Shown piece after piece: positions 9,807-18,193 of a stretch of 64,000 nt of DNA. Location of the stretch: positions 45,675-109,674 of the forward strand of contig JAQBVF010000007.1 in the NCBI GenBank assembly GCA_027623675.1, read 5' to 3'. How positions within the stretch are numbered: position 1 is the stretch's first letter; every line of letters begins with the position of its first letter. This stretch comes from Chloroflexota bacterium. GTDB lineage: Bacteria > Chloroflexota > Dehalococcoidia > Lucifugimonadales > UBA3495. A program made the position numbers and the translations under genes. The notes below the pieces were generated by a model that worked only from the letters and a program-made list of their open reading frames with translations, was not told the DNA's origin and made no database searches.

Positions 9807-10649
9807 CTACCCCAACATCTCCTCGGCCAGCTTCTCCAGGCCGGAAAGTCCTTCGCCGGGGGCGGTGGATGGCAGGCGGACGGTGGCCATGGTGGCGCCG
9901 GCCTCTTCCATCTGCTTGATCTCGTCGCGGCTGGACGCGCCGTAGACCATGATCTGGATGCTGTCGGGGTCGCGGCCCGCGGCGTCGGCCAGTTCGTCCA
10001 GCGACGCCCGGCCCGCCCGCACGCTGTCGGGGGTGGCGCGCACCGGCATCCAGCCGTCGCCGTAGGTGACAACGCGCTTGAACACATTGGAGGCCGCGCC
10101 GCCCAGGAACACCGGGGGATGTGGCTTCTGGGCCGGCTTGGGGAACACCCTGACCTTGGGGAAGTCGTAGTAATGGCCGTGGTACTCGGCCTCGTCCTTG
10201 GTCCACATCTCTTTCATCGCTTCGACGGCTTCCCGCGCCTGGGTCCAGCGGTGGTCGAAGTCGCCGCCCATGATCTCGGTTTCCTCGCGCAGCCAGCCGG
10301 TGCCGATCCCGAATATGAACCGGCCGCCGGAGTGGTAGTCCAGCGCCGCGATCTGCTTGGCCTGGACCAGCGGGTTGTGCTCGGGGATCAGGCAGATGCT
10401 GGTGCCAAGCATGATCTTGCTGGTGGTGGCGGAGGCGATGGCCAGGCTGATGAACGGGTCGGCCATATCGTTCATCGACTCGGGGATACTTCCGTCTGGC
10501 GTGCCCCCGTATTTGGAGGTGGTATGGACGGGGATTATGGGATGCTCGGCCATCCAGATGGACTCGAACCCCAGGTCTTCCGCCTTCTTGGCCAGTGCGC
10601 CGATGTCCATTGATCCGCTATTTACGGCCACGTTTACGCCGATTTTCAT
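9807..10649 (-). CDS. LLM-class, probably F420-dependent oxidoreductase (Rv2161c-like)
   Basis: GFESIWMAEH, DPFISLA, SGGRFIFGIGTGWLREE, PKPAQKPHPP, GDGWMP. Confidence 0.92.
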   Translation of the reverse strand: MKIGVNVAVNSGSMDIGALAKKAEDLGFESIWMAEHPIIPVHTTSKYGGTPDGSIPESMNDMADPFISLAIASATTSKIMLGTSICLIPEHNPLVQAKQIAALDYHSGGRFIFGIGTGWLREETEIMGGDFDHRWTQAREAVEAMKEMWTKDEAEYHGHYYDFPKVRVFPKPAQKPHPPVFLGGAASNVFKRVVTYGDGWMPVRATPDSVRAGRASLDELADAAGRDPDSIQIMVYGASSRDEIKQMEEAGATMATVRLPSTAPGEGLSGLEKLAEEMLG

Positions 10650-10808
10650 CGCATCTCCTCCGATCGTTCTGCCTGGTGATTAGCCCGGTGAAAAAGTGCC
10701 CCGATGGTACCACGCCTGGCTCGTATCAGTCGATTAATAATCAGACGGACTCAAAATACGGGGAAAGATAAGTTGGATTACAGCAATCGTATGATAAGAT
10801 ATTTCGGT

Positions 10809-11369
10809 ATGCAGCAGACACAGGAACAACCCCTCCACCGAGACGACCACCGGACCAAGCTGAATCTAACGATTATCTTCGCGTCGATCGTCGCCGTGAT
10901 TGGCATCTTCGGCCAACCGGTGCTGTTCGTGATGGGCGTCGGTGTGATGATTTACAGCTGGCTGACCAATCCGAAGCAGTACCTGATCTACCGCGACGCC
11001 TTGGTTATCATCTACGGCAAACCCAGGATCAAGGCCTTCCCCTTCCAAGAGATATCCCACCTGGAGACATTATCGCTGCCGATCGGCGAGCGGCTTCGGG
11101 TGCGCATGGTGAACGGCCGCCGTATCATGCTGATGACCAAGGACCCGGAGACGTTCCGGGCCAAGCTGGACGAAGCTCTGGAGGCATTCCACGGCGAACA
11201 GCAGGGAACGGACTACAACCGGCCCCAAGAAAACCGGTCAAACGGCGGTCAGCCCGAGTTGACCGATACCGGATACCAACAGGAAGCCCAAGCCGATGCA
11301 ACGCCGGAAGCGCCCCCTGAAGAGCATCGGGGCGAGAGTTCAACCGAGAACGACGACGTTCCCTACTAG
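10809..11369 (+). CDS. Membrane protein with two TM helices, a bacterial PH-like domain and an acidic tail
   Basis: Two hydrophobic segments, then YLIYRDALVIIYG..FPFQEI; disordered acidic C-terminus ending NDDVPY. Confidence 0.7.
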   Translation: MQQTQEQPLHRDDHRTKLNLTIIFASIVAVIGIFGQPVLFVMGVGVMIYSWLTNPKQYLIYRDALVIIYGKPRIKAFPFQEISHLETLSLPIGERLRVRMVNGRRIMLMTKDPETFRAKLDEALEAFHGEQQGTDYNRPQENRSNGGQPELTDTGYQQEAQADATPEAPPEEHRGESSTENDDVPY

Positions 11370-11401
11370 CGTCCGCCCGAGGGTTTTCAACCAGCAATAC
11401 T

Positions 11402-11432
11402 GCCCGGCCTCGACAAAATGGCCGGGCTTTTT
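11402..11432 (+). terminator. Intrinsic terminator
   Basis: GCCCGGCC-loop-GGCCGGGC-TTTTT between convergent genes. Confidence 0.75.
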
Positions 11433-11471
11433 GTTGCCTATCTTTGGGCGGACTGCCCGGCAAGAAGCCGG

Positions 11472-12524
11472 TTAAGGAAGCTGAATCTCTTTGGTGACTG
11501 CGGTGGTGTCGCCGAAGTTGCCGCAGTATAGGACGTGGTACGGCTCAGGCCCTCCGGAAACCGCCACGATTATGTCGTCGGCGGACCGGCAGGGGCACAC
11601 CAGGTCGCCGTCCATGGCGAAGCCGTCCTCGTAGGTGATTACCGAAGTCTCCTTGGGAAACCGGTCGATGGGCACCTTGCTGCGCTCGAATAGCTCCTGC
11701 TTGACCATCTGCTTGTTGTAGCCATTTTCCGCGAAGATACGGGAGTGACCGGGCGTAAGTATCACCAGCGGGTTGCCGGCGGCCAACAGGTAGTTGTTGT
11801 CGCTGATGTCGGCCATGGCGCTGGCGATCATGGTCAGGAAGCTCTCCGGCTCCTTATAGAAGGTGAGGCAGTTGCTGTAGCCCTGCGCTCCCACCACGGT
11901 GACCGTGCTCTGCTCCGGCGAGAAACCGCGCTCCACATGCAGCGGCTCCCAGACGTTGTCCTCTTCGTTCTCGCCCATGCAGGCGCTGAACTTGGCGGCG
12001 CTGCCGTGGACCGCCATGTCGGTGGACCAGGGTTTGGCCCCGCCCACGTTCAGCAGCAACAGGCGCAGCGCGCGTCCGATGGTGGCGTTGGCCCGGTAGC
12101 CCGGCCCCAATGTGCCTCGGCCGCTGTTCAACCCGATCCGGCCTCGCACCGGACCGTTCACGATCATGAGCGGCGACGCCGGGTTGGTGGTGGTCTGCAG
12201 GCCGTGGATGTTGAAGGCCGGTTCGGTTACCGCCTGCACGGCGGCGATGAGGACAGGCATGTATTCCGGGAGACAACCAGCCATCACGGCGTTCACCGCG
12301 ATCTTCTCAACCGTGGCGGCGCCGGCGTCGGGATTGATGTAACCCACCAACTCCGACGCATCCCGCCCCGCGTATTCCAGCATGGCCCGCACGCGGTCTG
12401 CGGTGGGCGGTATCACCGGCAGCCCGTCGGACCAGCCCTGGTCGATCATGAACTGGAATACGGCTTCGGGGGAGTCTTCGGACAATTCCATCTGAGACGA
12501 AGTGAGGCGCGGGTCTACTGCCAT
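11472..12524 (-). CDS. Conserved uncharacterised 'DGLPVxPPT' protein, UGSC-associated partner, paralog 1
   Basis: GWSDGLPVIPPT, ATVEKIAVNAVMAGC, GPGYRANATIGRALRL, GENEE; clear paralog of 36782-37840. Confidence 0.88.
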   Translation of the reverse strand: MAVDPRLTSSQMELSEDSPEAVFQFMIDQGWSDGLPVIPPTADRVRAMLEYAGRDASELVGYINPDAGAATVEKIAVNAVMAGCLPEYMPVLIAAVQAVTEPAFNIHGLQTTTNPASPLMIVNGPVRGRIGLNSGRGTLGPGYRANATIGRALRLLLLNVGGAKPWSTDMAVHGSAAKFSACMGENEEDNVWEPLHVERGFSPEQSTVTVVGAQGYSNCLTFYKEPESFLTMIASAMADISDNNYLLAAGNPLVILTPGHSRIFAENGYNKQMVKQELFERSKVPIDRFPKETSVITYEDGFAMDGDLVCPCRSADDIIVAVSGGPEPYHVLYCGNFGDTTAVTKEIQLP

Positions 12525-12686
12525 CCGTTACTCCTGTTTACAAACGTCTCAAAACAAAACCACTCCCTCCGATTCAATTGGAAGGAGCTGCGAGAATCCT
12601 AGCTGGATCCAGTTTTTATCGTTCCCTGGGAGATCCGTCGATCTCTTAAAGAGGCCCACGGCTCCCGCACGGGGCGAAAGCCAGGC

Positions 12687-12895
12687 CTACAGGCTCTTCG
12701 CCCTGTGGTCCAGGACGGCCCTCACTTGGGCGTCGGTCACCCCAGGGAACCATTCAAGAAACTGCGATGTCTGGGCCCCGTCCTCCAGATTCTCGAACAG
12801 CGCGGAAACCGGAACGCGGTTGCCACGAAATACCCAATCGCCGCTAACCCGCTGCAAAAAAGCACAACTGCTGCGCACGAAGACCAATCCAACAT
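12687..12895 (-). pseudogene. DUF433 antitoxin-like gene, frameshifted
   Basis: ATG 12895 gives MLDWSSCAAV; the continuation QRVSGDWVFRGNRVPVSALFENLEDGA..FLEWFPGV is in another frame, with the shift at the T-run near 12857-12862. Confidence 0.75.
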
Positions 12896-13012
12896 AGCCA
12901 AATTTTACCTGCCGTATATCCGCCGTTCAATTCGTCTAAATGCCTTCATCCCAACAACAAGTTTGTTGGGGGCCTCATCATCCGCAAACTCTGATCAATC
13001 TTTCCACACATA

Positions 13013-13232
13013 TCAGCGCCCTTGGAGAAACTCTTGGACGGTCATGTCTCTGGCGACCTGTCTGAGCAGTGGCGGGGCGATATCCCGGCCTTGATGAAAT
13101 GGGGACCGTGGTTGCGCGTCCATCGAGGTGTCCATTTCGCCGGTGCGATCCCCGTCTGCGAACCTCGACGAAACCAAAGCGAACCAGAATCGCGGCAACT
13201 TCGCGGGGGCGCAATACCGGGGAGTTACGCAT
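13013..13232 (-). pseudogene. hicA: HicA-family toxin, frameshifted
   Basis: PVLRPREVAAILVRFGFVEVRRRGSH..DGRATTVP in one frame; FHQGRDIAPPLLRQVARD in another frame from about 13100. Confidence 0.82.
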
Positions 13233-13237
13233 GCTGG

Positions 13238-13444
13238 CTACACTGTCACGCGTTGAGTGCCGACAAATTCTCCTTCCAGCTCAGGGTCCCCGTCCTCAAG
13301 CAGCATCGCGATGACCTCTTTCAAGTTTTCGTTTAATTCATCAAGGCTTGCCGCTTGGGAGTGGGCTCCTGGAAAACCAGGCACGTAACCGACATACAAT
13401 CCGGTCGCCGGATCCTTTTCGATAACCGCTGTGTATTCTTTCAT
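13238..13444 (-). CDS. hicB: HicB-family antitoxin, short form without a DNA-binding domain
   Basis: MKEYTAVIEKDPATGLYVGYVPGFPGAHSQAASLDELNENLKEVI; GAGGA RBS. Confidence 0.9.
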   Translation of the reverse strand: MKEYTAVIEKDPATGLYVGYVPGFPGAHSQAASLDELNENLKEVIAMLLEDGDPELEGEFVGTQRVTV

Positions 13445-13491
13445 GGTTGGTCCTCGGGCTAATGGAATCCACGGAACACAGGTGCCCACGA

Positions 13492-13521
13492 TACCGTTCT
13501 AACGGGCCCGTTAGAACGGTA
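13492..13521. repeat. Perfect 30-bp palindrome
   Basis: TACCGTTCTAACGGGCCCGTTAGAACGGTA equals its own reverse complement. Confidence 0.95.
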
Positions 13522-13541
13522 GTACCTTGGCTTTCTTGGGG

Positions 13542-14081
13542 CTATTCCGGCTCGCGTAGCTGGGCGATTATCAGTTCTACGGCCTCTTTGGCCACGGAGC
13601 GCACCACGTCGGGCTCGACGTACTCGGTGAGTTCGGTCTTGGGCAGGACGACCATGGGCGCGTCGGGCATGCCGTTGCCCCGCATGGAAGCCTTGGCCAG
13701 GGTGGTGAACCGCTCGGTTACCAAGACCACCGAGGGCATGCCGCTCTTGATCAGTTTAACGCTGTCGTGGACACTCCACGCGGTGCAGGAACCTCAATTT
13801 GCCAGGCCGACTATGGCCAGTTGGGCGCGCGCCTCCACCTCGTCGAAGGTCGCTTGGGGAGCCGCCGAGGCCAGGGGGATCAACCTCTCAAAGACTTCGG
13901 TCACACCGTACTGTTCCTTGAGGATGATGCCGATCTGCTCGGAGATGATGTTCATGCTGGTCCAGCGGTTGTTCAGTATGGCGACCGTGGCGCCTTGCAG
14001 ATCGTTTATGTGGGGGATGTGGCCGTCCATGGGACGCCACGCCTCCGCCGCCGGGCTGAGGATCGACATCTTGTTGACCAT
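13542..14081 (-). CDS. UGSC-family selenoprotein, paralog 1 (Sec at UGA 13794-13796)
   Basis: ORFs 13794-14105 and 13542-13739 are in the same frame and join through TGA: IVGLAN-U-GSCTAWSVHDSVKLIKSGMPSVVLVTERF. AAGGAG RBS lies 7 nt before ATG 14081. Confidence 0.88.
13766..13780 (-). promoter_or_regulatory. Putative bacterial SECIS element
   Basis: mRNA hairpin CGUGGA-GUG-UCCACG starts 13 nt after the UGA. Confidence 0.65.
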
Positions 14082-14119
14082 GGCCATGCTCCTTCGCCTC
14101 TCCAAAGGTGAATCCGGAC

Positions 14120-14746
14120 CTAGCGGTTGGCGGCCGCGCTCTTTGCCGGGTCATACACCGGGCGGACCATCTCGTAACGGTCGCTGGTGCGGCAGTACAT
14201 GTTGCCCGCCATGCGGCCGGTGGCCATGAGCTTCTCCTGGTCGATGCGGTGCCCGTTGATAATGTCGTCACGGACGTGCATCAAGACGATGGTGCCGATA
14301 ACCAGTCCATGCTCGTGGTCACCGGAGCCGATCTGCACCACCTGGTCCAGCTTACATTCGATGTTCACCGGAGATTCAAGCACCCTGGGGGCTTTGACGA
14401 TATCCGAGGGTGCATGGGTCAGCCCGGCAATCTCGAACTCATCCACGCCCTCGGGGAATTCGGCCGCGGTGGCATTCATCGCCTCAGCAATGGGATCTAC
14501 CACGATGTTCACCACGAACTCGCCGGTCTCTTCGATGTTCCGCAGGGTGTCCTTGCTCTTGTTACCAACGTGCCGGGAAGACGAGAAAACGACGGTGGTG
14601 TAGGACACGGCATTGAAGAATGAGTAAGGCGCCAGGTTGACCACGCCGTCGGGGGACACGGAAGATACGAACGCGATGGGCCTGGGAACGATCACTCCGG
14701 TGAGGACGCGGTTGAAACCTTCAAATGTATTTGGGTCGATCTTCAA
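14120..14746 (-). CDS. Flavin reductase-like protein (DIM6/NTAB, FMN-binding split barrel)
   Basis: VPRPIAFVSS, NLAPYSFFN, KDTLRNIEETGEFVVN, SPVNIECKL. Confidence 0.92.
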   Translation of the reverse strand: MKIDPNTFEGFNRVLTGVIVPRPIAFVSSVSPDGVVNLAPYSFFNAVSYTTVVFSSSRHVGNKSKDTLRNIEETGEFVVNIVVDPIAEAMNATAAEFPEGVDEFEIAGLTHAPSDIVKAPRVLESPVNIECKLDQVVQIGSGDHEHGLVIGTIVLMHVRDDIINGHRIDQEKLMATGRMAGNMYCRTSDRYEMVRPVYDPAKSAAANR

Positions 14747-14964
14747 GTAATTACCTCTACCGGGGGAGTCCCGGCTGCCTTATGATTTTATGTGGGTTGT
14801 TTCTGGGGGCTATCTCGTGGGAATTATATAGACCGCCAGGGGAGACGCCAAGTTTTGACAATCGAAAGTGCCACTGTTATGTTGGTAGCCGCTCACGCCT
14901 GGGGCCTCTCACGTGCTTTTCGGCCGGTCACCAGGGAGCTACTAGGGCCATTGGAGACAGATAC

Positions 14965-15471
14965 ATGAACTGGGCGGAAATGATAGTCAAAGCGCTCAAG
15001 GACTGGGATACGTCCTTGATTGCCTATGTGCCGGACATATCCATCCATCGGGTGACCAGCCTGATCGAGGCCGACCCCTACTTCAGATTGGTCGCGGCCA
15101 CCAGAGAGGAGGAGGCCATCGGCATCGCGGTCGGGTCTTACGCGGCGGGCCGCAACGCAGCCGTATTCATGCAATCCAGCGGGTTCGGCAATAGCGTAAA
15201 CGCCCTGGCCAGCCTGTGCATCCCATCCAGAACGCCCATCCCCATGTTCGTCAATCTGCGGGGCGGGCCCGGCGAGTTCAACATCGCCCAGGTGGCCATG
15301 GGACAAGCCGTCCGGCCTATCATGGACCAGTTGGGGCTGGTTCACTTCACACTGGACGACGACCGGAACATGGAAAAGTTGCTCGACGGCGCCATGAAGC
15401 TTTGCCACGCCAACCGGCAGCCCTTGGCGGTGTGCATGACCCAATTGCTGCACGGAGGCAAACTTGCGTAG
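14965..15471 (+). CDS. ThDP-dependent decarboxylase alpha subunit (ComD / phosphonopyruvate decarboxylase-like)
   Basis: YVPD, TREEEAIGIAVG, FMQSSGFGNSVNALASL, RG..GEFNIAQ. Confidence 0.85.
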   Translation: MNWAEMIVKALKDWDTSLIAYVPDISIHRVTSLIEADPYFRLVAATREEEAIGIAVGSYAAGRNAAVFMQSSGFGNSVNALASLCIPSRTPIPMFVNLRGGPGEFNIAQVAMGQAVRPIMDQLGLVHFTLDDDRNMEKLLDGAMKLCHANRQPLAVCMTQLLHGGKLA

Positions 15472-16036
15472 ATTCGAAGGCACACAAATGATTTTGCGTT
15501 TGGCGGGCGATGCGCCCATCGTCAGCAACCTTGGTCCCGGGTCTGACGACCTTTGGCACGCCGGACACCGCGACCGCAATTTCTACACCTACGGCAACAT
15601 GGGGCTTTGCTCGTCCCTGGCGCTGGGCATGGCCATGGCCACCGACGAACAGGTCATTTCCCTGGACGGCGACGGTTCGCTCCTGATGAACCTGGGAACG
15701 ATCGCATCCATCGGGCGGGAGCAGCCCAAGAACCTGACGGTGGTGGTATGGGACAACGAAAAGTGGGGCCAGACCGGCGGGCAGACCAGCCACACCGGCA
15801 TGGGGACCGACCTGGAGCAGGTAGCCCGAAGCTGCGGGATCGCCCGCACGAAGACCGTGTCGGACCTGGAAGACTTGGAAGCCGCAGTGTCCGAGGCGCT
15901 GGCGACTGACGGCCCCAATTTCATAGTAGCCAAGATCGATGAGGGCGAATATCTGCCGGTGGCCCCGGTGGAGCCCGAGTTCACCCTATACCGTTTCCGG
16001 AACACCTTCGTGGAACAGCGACAGCCCGGCCACTAG
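15464..16036 (+). CDS. ThDP-dependent decarboxylase beta subunit (ComE-like)
   Basis: NFY..GNMGLCSSLALG and the ThDP motif DGDGSLLMNLG...WDN...TGGQ; overlaps the alpha-subunit stop. Confidence 0.87.
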   Translation: MRRFEGTQMILRLAGDAPIVSNLGPGSDDLWHAGHRDRNFYTYGNMGLCSSLALGMAMATDEQVISLDGDGSLLMNLGTIASIGREQPKNLTVVVWDNEKWGQTGGQTSHTGMGTDLEQVARSCGIARTKTVSDLEDLEAAVSEALATDGPNFIVAKIDEGEYLPVAPVEPEFTLYRFRNTFVEQRQPGH

Positions 16037-16060
16037 CCCCCGATACCGTGGCGCAATCAC

Positions 16061-16096
16061 AAAAGGCCCGTTCATCAACCGACGAACGGGCCTTTT
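16061..16096. terminator. Bidirectional intrinsic terminator
   Basis: AAAAGGCCCGTTC...GAACGGGCCTTTT between convergent genes. Confidence 0.85.
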
Positions 16097-16121
16097 GTTG
16101 TCGTTGGCCGCTGAGAGACTT

Positions 16122-16862
16122 CTAACTGACTTTGGCCCCGGCCTGCATCTTTTGGATCGCGCCGTCCAGTTCTTCTAGGTCGAACAGGTGGGGGCCGGCG
16201 CCGCCGTGGTAAACGACTTTGCCGTCCTTGCCGATCAGGTACAGGCGCTCCGGGGCAGCCCCGTAAGCCTCGTCGATGGCGTTGTCCATCTCTTCAACCA
16301 AGGTTGGAAGTGAGATGTGCAGCCCGATGGTGCAGGACTGGGCGGCCTCTTCCCGTTCCTCGTAGCTTTGGTGTTGGCGCAGCAGGACACCTTCCTCGAC
16401 ATTGGAATCGGTCTGCCAGCCGTCGGTGGGGTGGGCCTCTTGAACGTAAACCACGAAGAACTCGATGTGGTCCTGGTACTGGCTGTAGAGTTGCTCCATG
16501 CGCTCAACCTGAGCGCGGAAGGGCGGTCAAGTGTAGCTGCCAAAGATCAGGGCCACGGGCCGTTTATCTTTGAAGCTGGACAGCCGGACCCGCTCCTCCG
16601 AGCCCGCCCGCTTTAGTTCGAAATCGGGGGGCACATCGCCAACGTGAGGGCCCATCTCGTCCCGGGCCACCACTGCTTCCATGGCCTCGCGCAGGATGGG
16701 GGTCAGGTTTCCGCCGATCGCCTCTAGCATCTCGCGGGCCGGCATCTGACCGACGGTCGTCCCCTCGCGTTTTGCCCGGTAGTCGTCCATGAACCGCCGG
16801 AACAGTTTCCGGTCATCGCCCTGAAGGTTCCCCAGTATCTGGTCTCGGTCTGCTTTCAGCAT
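16122..16862 (-). CDS. Iodothyronine deiodinase-like selenoprotein (Sec at UGA 16527-16529)
   Basis: ORFs 16527-16934 and 16122-16499 join in frame: RPVALIFGSYT-U-PPFRAQ...VYVQEAHPTDGW...YGAAPERLY, the deiodinase signature motifs. Start ATG 16862 follows AAGGGGAAGG. Confidence 0.92.
16500..16516 (-). promoter_or_regulatory. Putative bacterial SECIS element
   Basis: mRNA hairpin GCGCUCA-GGU-UGAGCGC starts 10 nt after the UGA. Confidence 0.7.
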
Positions 16863-17000
16863 ATCGGCCTTCCCCTTGAGCGCGGGCGCAGATTGATTCG
16901 GGGCTATTGTATTCGCCGTGCCTGGCGATAACAACCCGTCGGACCAGACCCCACCGCCAGTGGGGACGACCAGGACGGACCTCTCGTGTCACCCGGAGTA

Positions 17001-17036
17001 GAAAGACCCGGAGGACGCGGCTGCGTCCTCCGGGTC
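17001..17036 (-). terminator. Intrinsic terminator of the dienelactone hydrolase gene
   Basis: GACCCGGAGGACGC-loop-GCGTCCTCCGGGTC, followed by TTTC on the minus strand. Confidence 0.75.
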
Positions 17037-17074
17037 AATCATGTTCAAGCTAGGCCTGGACTGGGAACGTTGGG

Positions 17075-17842
17075 TTATTTGACGTATTTGTCGAACCAGC
17101 CTAGGGTGCGGGAGAAGGCGTCCTTGGCGGCCGCCTCGTTGTAGCTGCCCCGGTCGTCACAGTTGAAGCCGTGACCGGCGCCGGGGTAGGACTTGAAGTC
17201 GTAGGTCACGCCTGCTCCCTTAACTGTGGCCTCAATGGTTGCCACGTCGGCGGGTGACGGGTTCTCGTCCAACTCGCCGAAGTTGCCCATCACGGGAATC
17301 TTGATTTTGTTGGTGAGAACGATGGGAGCGGGACCGTCGCCGAACGGCACCAGGATGCGCCCGCCGTAGTAGACCGATGCGGCGCTCAGGCCCGGGCAGC
17401 TGGCGGCGGCCAGGTAGGCGATCCGTCCGCCCACGCAGTACCCGACGATACCGATCTTGTTGCCGGCGGTCCGTTGGTTCCGGTGTTGCAGATAATCAAT
17501 GGCAACGTTGATGTCTTCAACGATCTCGTCGTCGCGCAACGCTCCCATGTATTGCTGCACCGCGGGCATCTCGTCGTATCCCAGTTTGGGATTGGGATGC
17601 TGGCGGTGGTATAGGGCAGGGGCAATGGCTACGTAGCCATTGGCGGCGTACTGGTCGCAAACCTTTTCGATATGGCCGGTGACCCCAAAAGCCTCCATGA
17701 TAACGATAACAGCCGGGAAACTGTTTCCCTTGGAAGGTGAGGGACTGCTGACATAGGTCACCATGTCCTGCCCCTGCGCGCCGTGCAAGTCGTCCATTTC
17801 CCGCTCGCCGGGAAATCTTAGATTCTCCCAAAACGATGGCAT
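17075..17842 (-). CDS. Dienelactone hydrolase family protein
   Basis: EAFGV, GYCVGG (Cys nucleophile), FGELD, YPGAGHGF; AGGAGG RBS. Confidence 0.93.
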   Translation of the reverse strand: MPSFWENLRFPGEREMDDLHGAQGQDMVTYVSSPSPSKGNSFPAVIVIMEAFGVTGHIEKVCDQYAANGYVAIAPALYHRQHPNPKLGYDEMPAVQQYMGALRDDEIVEDINVAIDYLQHRNQRTAGNKIGIVGYCVGGRIAYLAAASCPGLSAASVYYGGRILVPFGDGPAPIVLTNKIKIPVMGNFGELDENPSPADVATIEATVKGAGVTYDFKSYPGAGHGFNCDDRGSYNEAAAKDAFSRTLGWFDKYVK

Positions 17843-18057
17843 ATAGATACCTCCTTAACCGTACCGATGTCACCCGCTATAATCCGTCTGCGTCCCGAAC
17901 TGCCGTCTGATTTGCCTGCAGCTCGTGAATCGCCCAAATTCTCAGACCAGCGAGGTTCGTGAAGATTCTAGCAGAGGGCATAGTCGCGCACAAGCGCGGA
18001 TTTTCCGTGACTGTATCGGGCATGTCTTGACCTCCAGCGGTCCGCCGGTGCTATATT

Positions 18058-18110
18058 GCAGAGTCCCGTCCACGAGATAACCCGCACCGGTTTCAGGATA
18101 AACCGGCCCT
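18058..18110 (+). promoter_or_regulatory. Candidate pan RNA motif / structured panB leader
   Basis: Follows an extended -10 (TGcTATATT, 18049-18057) and contains the hairpin CCGGTTT-CAGGAT-AAACCGG in the panB 5' UTR. Confidence 0.4.
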
Positions 18111-18193
18111 GGGAGCATGCTTTGGACCGGCCGCGGCGCATCGATGCGATTCGCAACGGTGTTTGGAAGCGGTCAAATCTTGAGGAGAGAGTA

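Noticed and set aside
9803-10087. 95-aa N-terminal extension of the amidohydrolase ORF 9002-10087
   Set aside because: It overlaps the LLM gene in another frame; the family motif starts at MRIDVHTH (9802).
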